This document shows, one piece after another, positions 9,697 through 18,260 of a stretch of 64,000 nucleotides of DNA. The position numbers and the translations under genes were made by a program. Origin of the DNA: Armatimonadota bacterium (GTDB taxonomy: Bacteria; Armatimonadota; SYMT01); contig JAWLHY010000001.1 in the NCBI GenBank assembly GCA_041690135.1, forward strand, positions 416,001 to 480,000, given 5' to 3'. The notes below the pieces were generated by a model that saw only the letters and a program-made list of their open reading frames with translations, ran no database searches and was not told where the DNA came from. Every line of letters starts with the position of its first letter. Position 1 is the stretch's first letter.

Positions 9697-11583
9697 CTAG
9701 GCAGGGGCGAGTAGGCCTCGCTCCATCACCACGTCCTTGGCCAGGGTATGGTAGCCGGACGCCTCGAAAAGCACGGTCACGCCCTCGTCGGTGACGCGGG
9801 TGACTTCTCCGGATCCGTACTCGGAATGGGTGACGTGATCGCCGACCCGCACCGCGTCGAGCCAGGTCCGGGGCTCGGGCGGCTCCGGCGAAGGGTCCTC
9901 CGCGGAGGGCGGCGCGGTGACTTCCAGTAGGCCTTCGCGTTCCACGACCTCGCGGGACAGCACCTTTCGTTCTCCGGTATCAAAGTCCACCGTGAGGGTG
10001 TCGCCTTCCGTACTGGAGACTCGACCTTCGCCCCATTCCCGGTGACGCACCTGGGCGCCGGGTTGGAACGCATCCGGTTCAGTCACTTCCGGAGCGAGGT
10101 CGGTGCGGAGGTCGTTGTCGCACCAGTCGCAGTTCTCGAACTCGGTCTCCTCCCCGAAGTAGTTGAGCAGGTAGCGGCGACGGCACTCCCAGAGCTCAGC
10201 GTAGCCGCGGACCATCTCCAGGCGGCTGCGCTCGTAGCGCTTGCGCCGTTCTTCGCATTCCAGCGAGATTCGCTCGGGATCGAAGTCCTCCACGCGGAGG
10301 CGCACCGAGTCTCCGGTCGTGTCGAGCATGCCTGCCGCGGTTAGCAACTCGATGGCGCGCGCCGCCTTCGCCTTGCCCAACCCGGTGGCGGCCCGGAGGT
10401 CGGCCGGAGTGATCGGGGCGCCGGACCGTAGCGCCTTGCGGATCTTGCGCAGGTCCTCGACGGCGACCCGGCTGCTGCCGCCCAGAAAGGCCGCCCGCCC
10501 CAGGTCGGCGGGACGGTAGATCAGCACGCACCGGGCCGGCTCCCCGTCGCGACCGGCTCGCCCGGCCTCCTGGTAGTACTCTTCCACGCTGGCCGGCACG
10601 TCCCGGTGGATCACGAAGCGCACGTCCGGCTTGTCGATGCCGAGACCGAACGCATTGGTGGCGGCGATCACCCGCAGTTCGCCCGCCATGAAGGCTTCCT
10701 GAATGCGGTCGCGGTCCGCCTTCTTCAACTGGCCATGGTAGCAGCCGGCCTCCACGCCCCACTCCCGCAGCCAGGCGGCAGTCTCTTCGGCTGCTCGGGT
10801 GGTGGCCGTGTAGATGATGCCGCTACCCTGCATCATTCCGGCGAGCCGCTCCGCGAGATCCGGAGGGTACCGCTCGTCTTCGCCCTGGAAGAGGGTTCGC
10901 AGCACGGAGAAGTCTTCCTCCTCCTGCCGGACCGTGCGGACCTCGAAGAACAGGTTCGGCCGGTCCACCCCGGAAACGATGACCCGCGGCCCCCGCAGGT
11001 CGAGCCGCTCCACGATATCCTGCCGGACCCACGGGGTGGCCGTCGCCGTCAGGGCCAGCACCGGGGGCCGGCCCAGCCGTTCCACCGAGTGAGGGAGCGC
11101 CAGGTACGCCGGTCGGAAATCATAACCCCATTCGGAGATGCAATGCGCCTCGTCCACGGCCACCAGCGAGATTTCACCCGCGGTAAACTGCGCGACGAAC
11201 TCCGGGTTCTCCAGGCGCTCGGGGGTGACGTAGAGGATCCGCGTTTCCCCCTCCCGGGCGCTCGCCAGGCTCTCCTCAATCTGTCGCGCCGATTGGCCGC
11301 TGTGGATGACGCCCGCCTCAACCCCCTGCGCCTCCAGGGAGTCCGCCTGGTCCTTCATCAGGGCGATGAGCGGAGAGACGACCAGGGTGATCCCCGGAAG
11401 AAACTGTGAGGCTACCTGGTAGACCAGAGACTTGCCTGCCCCCGTCGGCTGGATGTAGAGGACGTCCCGCCCCCCGAGGAGAGTGCGGATGGCCCGCTCC
11501 TGGCCGGGGCGGAAACGGTCGTGGCCGAAATCGTTGCGCAAACAGGCGAAGAGTTCCTCGCCCCCCGGTTGCCGGTTCCCCAT
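9697..11583 (-). CDS. recQ: RecQ-family ATP-dependent DNA helicase with two C-terminal Tudor/SH3-like repeats
   Basis: PTGAGKS, VDEAHCISEWGYDFRP, ALTATA, ATNAFGLGIDKPDVRFV, YYQEAGRAGRDG, CRR...CDWCDN zinc site. Confidence 0.92.
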   Translation of the reverse strand: MGNRQPGGEELFACLRNDFGHDRFRPGQERAIRTLLGGRDVLYIQPTGAGKSLVYQVASQFLPGITLVVSPLIALMKDQADSLEAQGVEAGVIHSGQSARQIEESLASAREGETRILYVTPERLENPEFVAQFTAGEISLVAVDEAHCISEWGYDFRPAYLALPHSVERLGRPPVLALTATATPWVRQDIVERLDLRGPRVIVSGVDRPNLFFEVRTVRQEEEDFSVLRTLFQGEDERYPPDLAERLAGMMQGSGIIYTATTRAAEETAAWLREWGVEAGCYHGQLKKADRDRIQEAFMAGELRVIAATNAFGLGIDKPDVRFVIHRDVPASVEEYYQEAGRAGRDGEPARCVLIYRPADLGRAAFLGGSSRVAVEDLRKIRKALRSGAPITPADLRAATGLGKAKAARAIELLTAAGMLDTTGDSVRLRVEDFDPERISLECEERRKRYERSRLEMVRGYAELWECRRRYLLNYFGEETEFENCDWCDNDLRTDLAPEVTEPDAFQPGAQVRHREWGEGRVSSTEGDTLTVDFDTGERKVLSREVVEREGLLEVTAPPSAEDPSPEPPEPRTWLDAVRVGDHVTHSEYGSGEVTRVTDEGVTVLFEASGYHTLAKDVVMERGLLAPA

Positions 11584-11679
11584 CTCTCGCGCCGCCCTCG
11601 CCCTGTAGTTGAACCACTTACGCCGAAGGGCTATACCCCGACCTAAGAGGGCCTAGACGAGAAGCCGGATCGAATTCCT

Positions 11680-13092
11680 TCACTCCAGATAAGTCAGCGC
11701 CACGTGCGAGAAGGCGGTGCCGGGAGAGGCGGACAGCGCCGGAGTAACCGGCCCGGCGGAGATACGAGCGGTGACCGAGGGGAAGGCCTCCAGCGTGGCC
11801 ACCAGTTCGCTTCCACGGCGACATACCCGGAGGTGATGGAGCGCATCCGGTCGGAAGTCCGAGGGCAGCCGTGCTTCCCGGTCGCCGATCCGGAGGACTC
11901 CGCGTCCCACGCGCACTTCGTGGTTTCCCAGGTTCACTCCCCATTCGGCATCCGGGTTCTCTGCCGAGGCTGCTGTCTCAAGGACCAGGTTCTCCGCCGG
12001 GTCGCCGAGCGCGAGCACTCCATTACCGGAAGCCTGCAGTCCGGCCGAGGACCGCCTCCATCCGGAGGGTACTTCCAGCCCCTCCAGGGAACGCTCCTCA
12101 GCGAACCAGTCCACGAGGTCCGGCATTCGGGGGACGGGGCGAGCATCACTGCTCGCTCCCTCGCACACTGGCCGCCAGCCCTCCCAGCGGAGCGGGTCGA
12201 TGCGGGGATAGCGCCCGGTGCCTTCCAGGTCCCAGCCATGGTAAACGATGTATTGGCTGACGAGGTCCGGACCGAGGACCACGGAGTTATGCCCGGGCCC
12301 CAGCACGTGCTCGGGAATCGTCCGCAAGATCAGTGGCGCGTCCCGGTTGCTGTCGTCTACCCAGGGCCCCAGGGGGTGGTCGGCGTGCGCGTAGCCCACG
12401 CCGTAGTTGGGGTTCTCATAGCGTCCGCCGCTGTAGAAGCAGACGTAACGGTTTTCCACCCGCAAAACGAATGGCCCTTCAATGGTGTACCAGTCTAACC
12501 CCTGCTTGACGGCACGCTGCAACTCGAATACCTGCCACTCGGCGTAGGGTCGCAACACCGGCCGCGGCTTACCTTCCAGCCGGTCCATGGCGACCAGGCG
12601 GTCGACGACGATCCCGGTTCCGGCGAACGGTGGCTCCAGTTCGTCGCGCGCGTAGAAGAGATACCACTGCCCATCCGCCGGGTCCTGAAAGGGGTGACCG
12701 TCGATGGCAAAGATCTCGTGCGGGGTGAGGTCCACGCCCGCGTCCTGCCACGGGCCGATTGGGTGGTCGGCCACTGCTAGCCGCATATGGTGGTCCGGGT
12801 TCTCGGTCTGGCCGGTGGCGTAATACATGTAGAAGCGGCCTTCCCGGTAGGCCACTTCCGGTGCCCAGTATTCCTCCAGGCCGGGGTGGGCCAGCGGGTC
12901 GAGGGCGCCGCCATGCGGTTCCCAGTCCACCAGGTTGCGAGAACTCAGAATTGGAAACCGGCGATTATCATCGGAGATGCCCGTGCCGTAGGCGTAGTAA
13001 ATTCCGCCATGCCGGAGCACGAAGGGGTCGGGAAAGTCGCGTGGGTAAACGGGGTTGGTGTAGATGGTAGGGGCGGGTTTCGGCACGCTCAA
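11680..13092 (-). CDS. Glycoside hydrolase family 43
   Basis: NPV...FPDPFV, WAPEV, AIDGH, EGPF, GPGHNSV five-bladed propeller motifs. Confidence 0.9.
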   Translation of the reverse strand: MSVPKPAPTIYTNPVYPRDFPDPFVLRHGGIYYAYGTGISDDNRRFPILSSRNLVDWEPHGGALDPLAHPGLEEYWAPEVAYREGRFYMYYATGQTENPDHHMRLAVADHPIGPWQDAGVDLTPHEIFAIDGHPFQDPADGQWYLFYARDELEPPFAGTGIVVDRLVAMDRLEGKPRPVLRPYAEWQVFELQRAVKQGLDWYTIEGPFVLRVENRYVCFYSGGRYENPNYGVGYAHADHPLGPWVDDSNRDAPLILRTIPEHVLGPGHNSVVLGPDLVSQYIVYHGWDLEGTGRYPRIDPLRWEGWRPVCEGASSDARPVPRMPDLVDWFAEERSLEGLEVPSGWRRSSAGLQASGNGVLALGDPAENLVLETAASAENPDAEWGVNLGNHEVRVGRGVLRIGDREARLPSDFRPDALHHLRVCRRGSELVATLEAFPSVTARISAGPVTPALSASPGTAFSHVALTYLE

Positions 13093-14210
13093 GTCCTCTC
13101 ATCCAGGGGTGCTATCTGCCGCGGCTCCGGACCGACGTAAAGTCCCCGCGGCCGGATCAGGCGGTTATGGTCCAACTGCTCAATGATGTGGGCGGCCCAG
13201 CCGGCCGTGCGCGCGGCGACGAACACTGGGGTGTAGAGATCCACGGGGATTCCCAGCATCGCGTAGACCCAGGCGCAGGGGAAATCAACGTTCGGCTTGA
13301 GTCCCTTCTCCTGCTCCACCACGGCCTGGATCCGGTCTGCCGTATCGAGCCAGTGGGTATCGTTCCATCGCCGGGCGAGCCATGCTCCGCAGTCGTGTAG
13401 GATCGTGGCCCGGGTATCCCCTTTCCGCACCACGCGGTGGCCGAAGCCCATGATCCGTTCCTTACGGGCGAGCCGATCACGAACCCAGGCTTCCGCCTGC
13501 TCCGACCCCCCGATTTCAAGCAGCATCTCCATGGCGCGCTCGTTGGCGCCGCCGTGGAGCGGCCCTTTCAGCGTCCCTACCCCCGTCACGATCCCCGAGT
13601 GGAGGTCGGAAAGGGTGGAAACCGTCACCCGCGCCGCGAAGGTGGAAGCGTTGTACTCGTGCTCGGCGTAGAGGATGAGGGAGACATCCATCACCTTCTC
13701 CGCGTCCGCGTCCGGTTCTTCGCCGGTCAACTGGCGGAGCAGGTAACGGGCATGGCTGCCCTCCCAGGTATCGATCTCGCCGTTGCCGCCGGTCCGTGCC
13801 CGGTGCCACTCGCCGATGAGAGCCGGGATCTGCGCCAGCAGCCGGACCGCCTTCCGGACATTTGCCTCGTGGGAGCCGTCGTCGACCTCCGGATCGAAGT
13901 GCGCCTGGAAGGAAACTGCGGAACGGAGCGCGTCCATCGCCGGAATCTGCGGGGGAATGCAGCGGACCAGGGAAGCCAATTCGGGGTGGAGGGGCCGGTT
14001 CTCGACTAGTTCGTGACGGAACTGTTCCCCCTGTTCCGGATCCGGCAACTCCCCATGGAGTACCAGGTAGGCGACGTCCTCGAACGAACACTGCTCCGCC
14101 AGGTCCCGGATGGAGTAACCGCGGTAGAACAGGCCCTCCTCCGTGATCGAACTGATCGCTGTTTCACCCGCGATCACGCCTTCCAGGCCGGGACTGTAGT
14201 CGTTCGCCAT
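13089..14210 (-). CDS. prpC: 2-methylcitrate synthase / citrate synthase
   Basis: SPGLEGVIAGET, AEHEYNASTF, GPLHGGANE, GFGHRV, PNVDF; directly downstream of prpB. Start at ATG 14210 (GAGGT RBS); GTG 14249 is an alternative. Confidence 0.85.
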   Translation of the reverse strand: MANDYSPGLEGVIAGETAISSITEEGLFYRGYSIRDLAEQCSFEDVAYLVLHGELPDPEQGEQFRHELVENRPLHPELASLVRCIPPQIPAMDALRSAVSFQAHFDPEVDDGSHEANVRKAVRLLAQIPALIGEWHRARTGGNGEIDTWEGSHARYLLRQLTGEEPDADAEKVMDVSLILYAEHEYNASTFAARVTVSTLSDLHSGIVTGVGTLKGPLHGGANERAMEMLLEIGGSEQAEAWVRDRLARKERIMGFGHRVVRKGDTRATILHDCGAWLARRWNDTHWLDTADRIQAVVEQEKGLKPNVDFPCAWVYAMLGIPVDLYTPVFVAARTAGWAAHIIEQLDHNRLIRPRGLYVGPEPRQIAPLDERT

Positions 14211-14245
14211 GCCGCACCTCGCTTCGGAAACCCGCCGGACTTCGC

Positions 14246-15133
14246 TCACTGGTAACCCGCGATCTTCTCATCCAGCCGTGCATATTCGGGATAGCGCACC
14301 AACTCGTAGAGCTCGGCGCGAGTCTGCATTCGCTCCAGAAACTCGCGCTGGGTGCCCGTGGCGGCGAGTGCGGCAAGCGCCTCTTCCACCGCCTTCATCG
14401 CTACCCGGAACGCGGTCATCGGGAAGAGCACCAGCCGGTAACCCAACTCCGCAAACTCCGCTACGGAAAGATAGGGTGTCTTTCCGAACTCCGTCATATT
14501 GGCCAGCAGCGGGGCGCCGATCCGCTCCTTGAACCGGGCGAATTCCTCCGGCGTCTCCAGCCCCTCCGGAAAGATGACGTCCGCGCCGGCCTCCACGTAC
14601 CGCTCGGCCCGCCGCAAGGCTTCTTCTATGCCTTCTGGACCCGCGGAACCTTCGGCGGAGGCGGCGTCGGTCCGCGCGATGATGACAAAGTCCGGGTTCC
14701 GGCGCGCGTCCGCGGCCGTGGCGATCTTGCGCACCATGTCTTCCGTTGGGACCACCCGCTTGCCTTTCAGGTGGCCGCACCGCTTCGGGTTCTCCTGGTC
14801 CTCAAGGTGAATGCCCGCAATCCCCGCCGCCTCAAACTCGCGGACGGTCCGCATCACGTTCAGCACCTCGCCGAACCCGGTGTCCGCATCGGCGATCACC
14901 GGCACGGAAACCGCCTCCGCAGTGTAACGCGCGTGGCGGACGACCTCTTCCAGCGACAGCAGGCCAACATCGGGGAAGCCCGCCATCCCGTTAGCGGTCC
15001 CGGCTCCGGAAACGTAGAGGAGTGGGAACCCGGCACGCTCCGCGAGGAGCGCCGTGGCCGCATTGAAGGCGCCGGGCACGGCGTGGGTTCCGGATTGCAG
15101 CAGGGTGCGGAGTTGTTGGCAGCGAGGGTTCAT
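14246..15133 (-). CDS. prpB: Methylisocitrate lyase
   Basis: DADTGFG, EDQENPKRCGH, ARTDA, LLANMTEFGKTP. Confidence 0.93.
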   Translation of the reverse strand: MNPRCQQLRTLLQSGTHAVPGAFNAATALLAERAGFPLLYVSGAGTANGMAGFPDVGLLSLEEVVRHARYTAEAVSVPVIADADTGFGEVLNVMRTVREFEAAGIAGIHLEDQENPKRCGHLKGKRVVPTEDMVRKIATAADARRNPDFVIIARTDAASAEGSAGPEGIEEALRRAERYVEAGADVIFPEGLETPEEFARFKERIGAPLLANMTEFGKTPYLSVAEFAELGYRLVLFPMTAFRVAMKAVEEALAALAATGTQREFLERMQTRAELYELVRYPEYARLDEKIAGYQ

Positions 15134-15231
15134 GGTCCAGGTCTCTCCAGCAGCGACTCACCCCCATTGTGCCCCGGCCGGGCGCGGGACCGCCACACAA
15201 GGTCAGGTGCGAGGGACGGTGGGTGAGTTGC

Positions 15232-15610
15232 GAGGGAGTGTGGGAGTGTGGGAGTGTGGCGGTCCGGGCGGGGACCGGTGGTCAGCCCCCTGTGGGGGTA
15301 AATGTTTGGGTGTTCAGGCACTGCGGAAACGGGATCAGATCGTCATTGCGAGGAGCGGGGTGTCTGCAGCAACTTCTCAGCCCAGATGAGGTTTTCGTCG
15401 GAGCACACCCCCAAAAGAGCCTGAACCCGACAGCGACGTGGCAAGCCCCCTGGTCAGGGAACTTATCCTGAAGTAGGACTCCTTATCCTGATGCGGATAT
15501 CGAGTCAGGGGACTCGTCCTGGGACCGGACTCCTTATCCTAATCGTAATCCCAATCCTAATCCATCGGGGGCCCCTCCCCCACCGTTTGCGGGAAAGGGG
15601 GTGGGGAGGG
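15232..15610. repeat. Composite intergenic repeat patch
   Basis: GGGAGTGT octamer x3, GTCATTGCGAGGAGC...GACGTGGCAA element, CTTATCCT/ATCCTAATC oligomers and a CCCCTCCCC...GGGGAGGGG hairpin. Confidence 0.6.
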
Positions 15611-15623
15611 GTGTTGTGGGGGA

Positions 15624-16421
15624 TCAGGCGGCCGGAGCGATCCGGTGCTCCAGGGCCTCTTCGGCGTCGTGCACCTGTGCCGCCAGTTGATCGGCAGCCC
15701 GCTTCAGCAGTACCGAGTCGGCCTGCATCTCGGCGGTCCGCTCCGCCAGGCTCTTCTGGTGAAGCAGGAACTCGCCATGCGAGCGGTCGATGATCTCCAG
15801 CGCCTCTTCCGGCGTATCGACCACGTGCGCTTGATCGAGATCGCGCTGGTCCAGCAGCCGCATCTCCGCGGGCACGTTGTCCAGCCAGTCGATGAGCCCG
15901 CCCCAGAACTCGCGGCCGAGCAGGATGAACGGTCGCGGCTCGACGGTTCGCAACTGCAGAAGCTGCCACACGTACATCAGTTCCAGCAGTGTGCCGATCC
16001 CCCCAGGGGCCACAACCACCGCGTGGGACAGGCGGATGAATTCGTCCAGCCGGCTGGAGAACCGCTTGTGCGCGCTCTTGATATCCAGGTGCCGGTTCGG
16101 CTTCTCCGGCAGCGAAGGGATGTCCAGCGGCAGTCCGTAGGACTTCGACCGCGACCGCTTCGCCGCGAGCACGCCCCGGTTCGCCGCTTCCATCAGCCCG
16201 GGCCCCCCGCCGGTGATCACGTCGACCCCGCGTTCCGACAGGCTCTGGGCGAGGCGGAAGACCTCGTGATAGATCGGGTCCTTCGGCCAGATACGCGCCG
16301 AACCAAAGATGCAGACCCGGTAATTCGTGTTCTCCAGTGCGCGAAGTTCGATATCTAACTGAACGTACTCTTCGATGGTACGACTCAGACGCTCCCGCGC
16401 CTCGTTGAGCGTTAGCGCCAT
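15624..16421 (-). CDS. LOG-family (Rossmann-fold) nucleotide phosphoribohydrolase
   Basis: VCIFGSAR, TGGGPGLMEAANRG, PGGIGTLLE (PGGxGTxxE motif); AAAGGAAG RBS. Confidence 0.88.
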   Translation of the reverse strand: MALTLNEARERLSRTIEEYVQLDIELRALENTNYRVCIFGSARIWPKDPIYHEVFRLAQSLSERGVDVITGGGPGLMEAANRGVLAAKRSRSKSYGLPLDIPSLPEKPNRHLDIKSAHKRFSSRLDEFIRLSHAVVVAPGGIGTLLELMYVWQLLQLRTVEPRPFILLGREFWGGLIDWLDNVPAEMRLLDQRDLDQAHVVDTPEEALEIIDRSHGEFLLHQKSLAERTAEMQADSVLLKRAADQLAAQVHDAEEALEHRIAPAA

Positions 16422-16613
16422 TTGTTACTTCCTTTCATTAATGGACTACTCTAATCGGCGTTTCGTACTTTGGTGCTGTTCTACACCTCCCCGGTTAACC
16501 CGGACTTAGCCGAACGTTAACTCTTCCGATCCTTGGCGGATCCGGCCCAGTCCGGTCGGTTCTATTCCGCAGTTCTCCGGCTGCCTGTAGAGCAGGCAGT
16601 ACCGGAGAGACGA

Positions 16614-16647
16614 GGAAGGAAGCGCCCGGGAACGGGTGCTTCCTTCC
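16614..16647. terminator. GC-rich hairpin downstream of the peroxiredoxin (terminator or REP)
   Basis: ggaaggaagcgccc-gggaac-gggtgcttccttcc, 14-bp stem with one wobble; no clear U-tract. Confidence 0.4.
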
Positions 16648-16805
16648 AGGAGCCGTCCGCATATTCGCGGCCAACGGTTCTTGCGAAGATCCTTCTGCCT
16701 GCTTCCGATCCGGCCAGATACTTATTCAGACCCGGATCGAATGCATCGCGTTCCCCTTACTGGTAGTACAACGATCTTACCCAGAAAAGGATGCGGTTAC
16801 AGGCG

Positions 16806-17351
16806 CTATTTCTTCGGGATGCCGAGGGCTTCCAGCTTGGCCGCCAGGTCTTTGCCATGGTTGGCCGGCTTGACCGCCTTATCGATGTCGCGGATGATGC
16901 CTTTTTCGTCGATGATGAAAGTCCACCGGTTGGCGAAGCCGCGCTCGGGATTGAGCACGCCCAGCGCCTTAGCGAAGGACTTTTCCGGATCGCTGAGGAG
17001 CGGGAAGTTGTATTTTCCCTTCTCCGCGAACTGCTTGTTGAGGTCGACCGGGTCGGTGCTGGCACCGAAGTACTGGGCTTTGAACTTGGTAAGTGCGCTC
17101 ATCTCATCACGGAGTGAGTTACATTCGGCCGTTCACCCACCGGTCAGGGCTTTGGGGTACCACGCGATCACGACCGCTGACTTGCCCAGGAACTGCCCGA
17201 GGGTATAGACCTTTCCGTCCGTTCCCTCGAGTTTGAAGTCGGGAGCCTTGTCGCCCACCTTGGGCGCCGGGGCTTCCTGTCCCTGGACCGGCGTCGGACC
17301 GCCAAAGGCCATGAGCGCGACCAACGCGCCGAGGCCGAGCAGCCACTTCAT
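16806..17351 (-). CDS. Exported peroxiredoxin (AhpC/TSA, Bcp-like) selenoprotein, UxxC
   Basis: Track ORFs 17133..17351 and 16806..17102 are one frame joined across a TGA (17133-17135): WYPKALTGG-U-TAECNSLRD. The TGA sits at the peroxidatic Cys position (PxxxTxxC). Signal peptide, KVGDKAPDF, RWTFIID..GII. Confidence 0.88.
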
Positions 17352-17530
17352 CGAACGCCTCCCTGGCTATTCGGTTGGCACCGGCACGAGCGCCGGTGCC
17401 TCCATGCTTTTCCGCGCGAGGGGCGCCGGCCCCTCCACATGGGTTTACGAAAAGAGGGTGTGACCCGTCATCCGAGGCGGGCATATTACGATACCCGCCG
17501 CTGCTTGTCTGCCGGAGTTAGCTGTTAGCC

Positions 17531-17869
17531 ATGTCCTTTTCCAACTCGAATTACCGCCCGACCACTTCGCTCGTTCGGCGACCGGATGAAGCGGACCTGA
17601 CCCCTCTGTTCATTCCCCGGCTCTCGGAACTTCGCGAGTTGCTCTCCGCCCAGGAGCGGATCGCGGATCGGATCGTGCGCGCCCGGAGGATCTTCTGGGC
17701 AGCGGCTTACGTCGTCGGCTTCGGCAGCGGACTGTTCGTGACGCACCTGATCCAGCGAGGCCGGGCCGTACCCGAAGCTCGGGCCAGCGCTCCCGGAGTG
17801 AAGGAGCGCAAACCCAAGGTTGCCTCCGTGGAAACACCTGTGGTGACGATCCGGGAGGTCGAAAGGTAA
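17531..17869 (+). CDS. Hypothetical single-TM protein
   Basis: 112-aa ORF with GGAG RBS and one hydrophobic helix (IFWAAAYVVGFGSGLFV). Confidence 0.55.
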   Translation: MSFSNSNYRPTTSLVRRPDEADLTPLFIPRLSELRELLSAQERIADRIVRARRIFWAAAYVVGFGSGLFVTHLIQRGRAVPEARASAPGVKERKPKVASVETPVVTIREVER

Positions 17870-17898
17870 ACCTCAGCCCCGGCGCGAGCCCGGGATTC

Positions 17899-18245
17899 GC
17901 CCCGGCCCAGAACGGCCGGGCTCTGGAACAGCACGCTGCCCACACCCCGTCGGGGCGCAAGCCTCCGTGGGCGCTCGCATTAGGTCCAAAACGGCGGTGG
18001 AGAACCCAGACTGGGCGTGGGACGCCCCGGCCCTGAACGGCCAGGCTCTGGAAAAGCACGCTGCCCACCTTCGTGGGCGCCCGGTTGAGAGACAAGGCGG
18101 CGGAGGAGGGTAAACCAGGCAATGTTACTGAACCGTATCCCGCTCTGCCGCTAAACGGGCAGGTTCTGGAAGAGCACAATGCCCGCACCCCCGCGGGGGT
18201 GCGGGCATTGTGCAGTACTGGAGCGCGGGGGTTCAGCCCCGCGCG
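17899..18245. repeat. Three REP-like ~45-bp units, each followed by a hairpin
   Basis: gccccggccc(ag/tg)aacggcc(g/a)ggctctggaa(c/a)agcacgctgcccac at 17899 and 18024, degenerate copy at 18142; perfect palindrome gcacaatgcccgcacccccgcgggggtgcgggcattgtgc. Confidence 0.7.
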
Positions 18246-18260
18246 GGCAGGCGCGCAAGG

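Noticed and set aside
9650-17135. Genome-wide UGA reassignment (genetic code 4 or 25) as the cause of the two in-frame TGAs
   Set aside because: TGA is an ordinary stop in many genes here, including ATGA/TTGA overlaps (13089, 21242, 25244, 50696, 60595); site-specific Sec decoding fits better.
16806-17351. Peroxiredoxin as a pseudogene or two separate small genes
   Set aside because: The single TGA falls exactly on the catalytic Cys position, the frame is continuous and a SECIS-like hairpin follows.
17899-18186. Possible CRISPR array
   Set aside because: Only three degenerate ~45-bp units with ~75-80-bp intervals that are themselves hairpins; no cas genes or leader.
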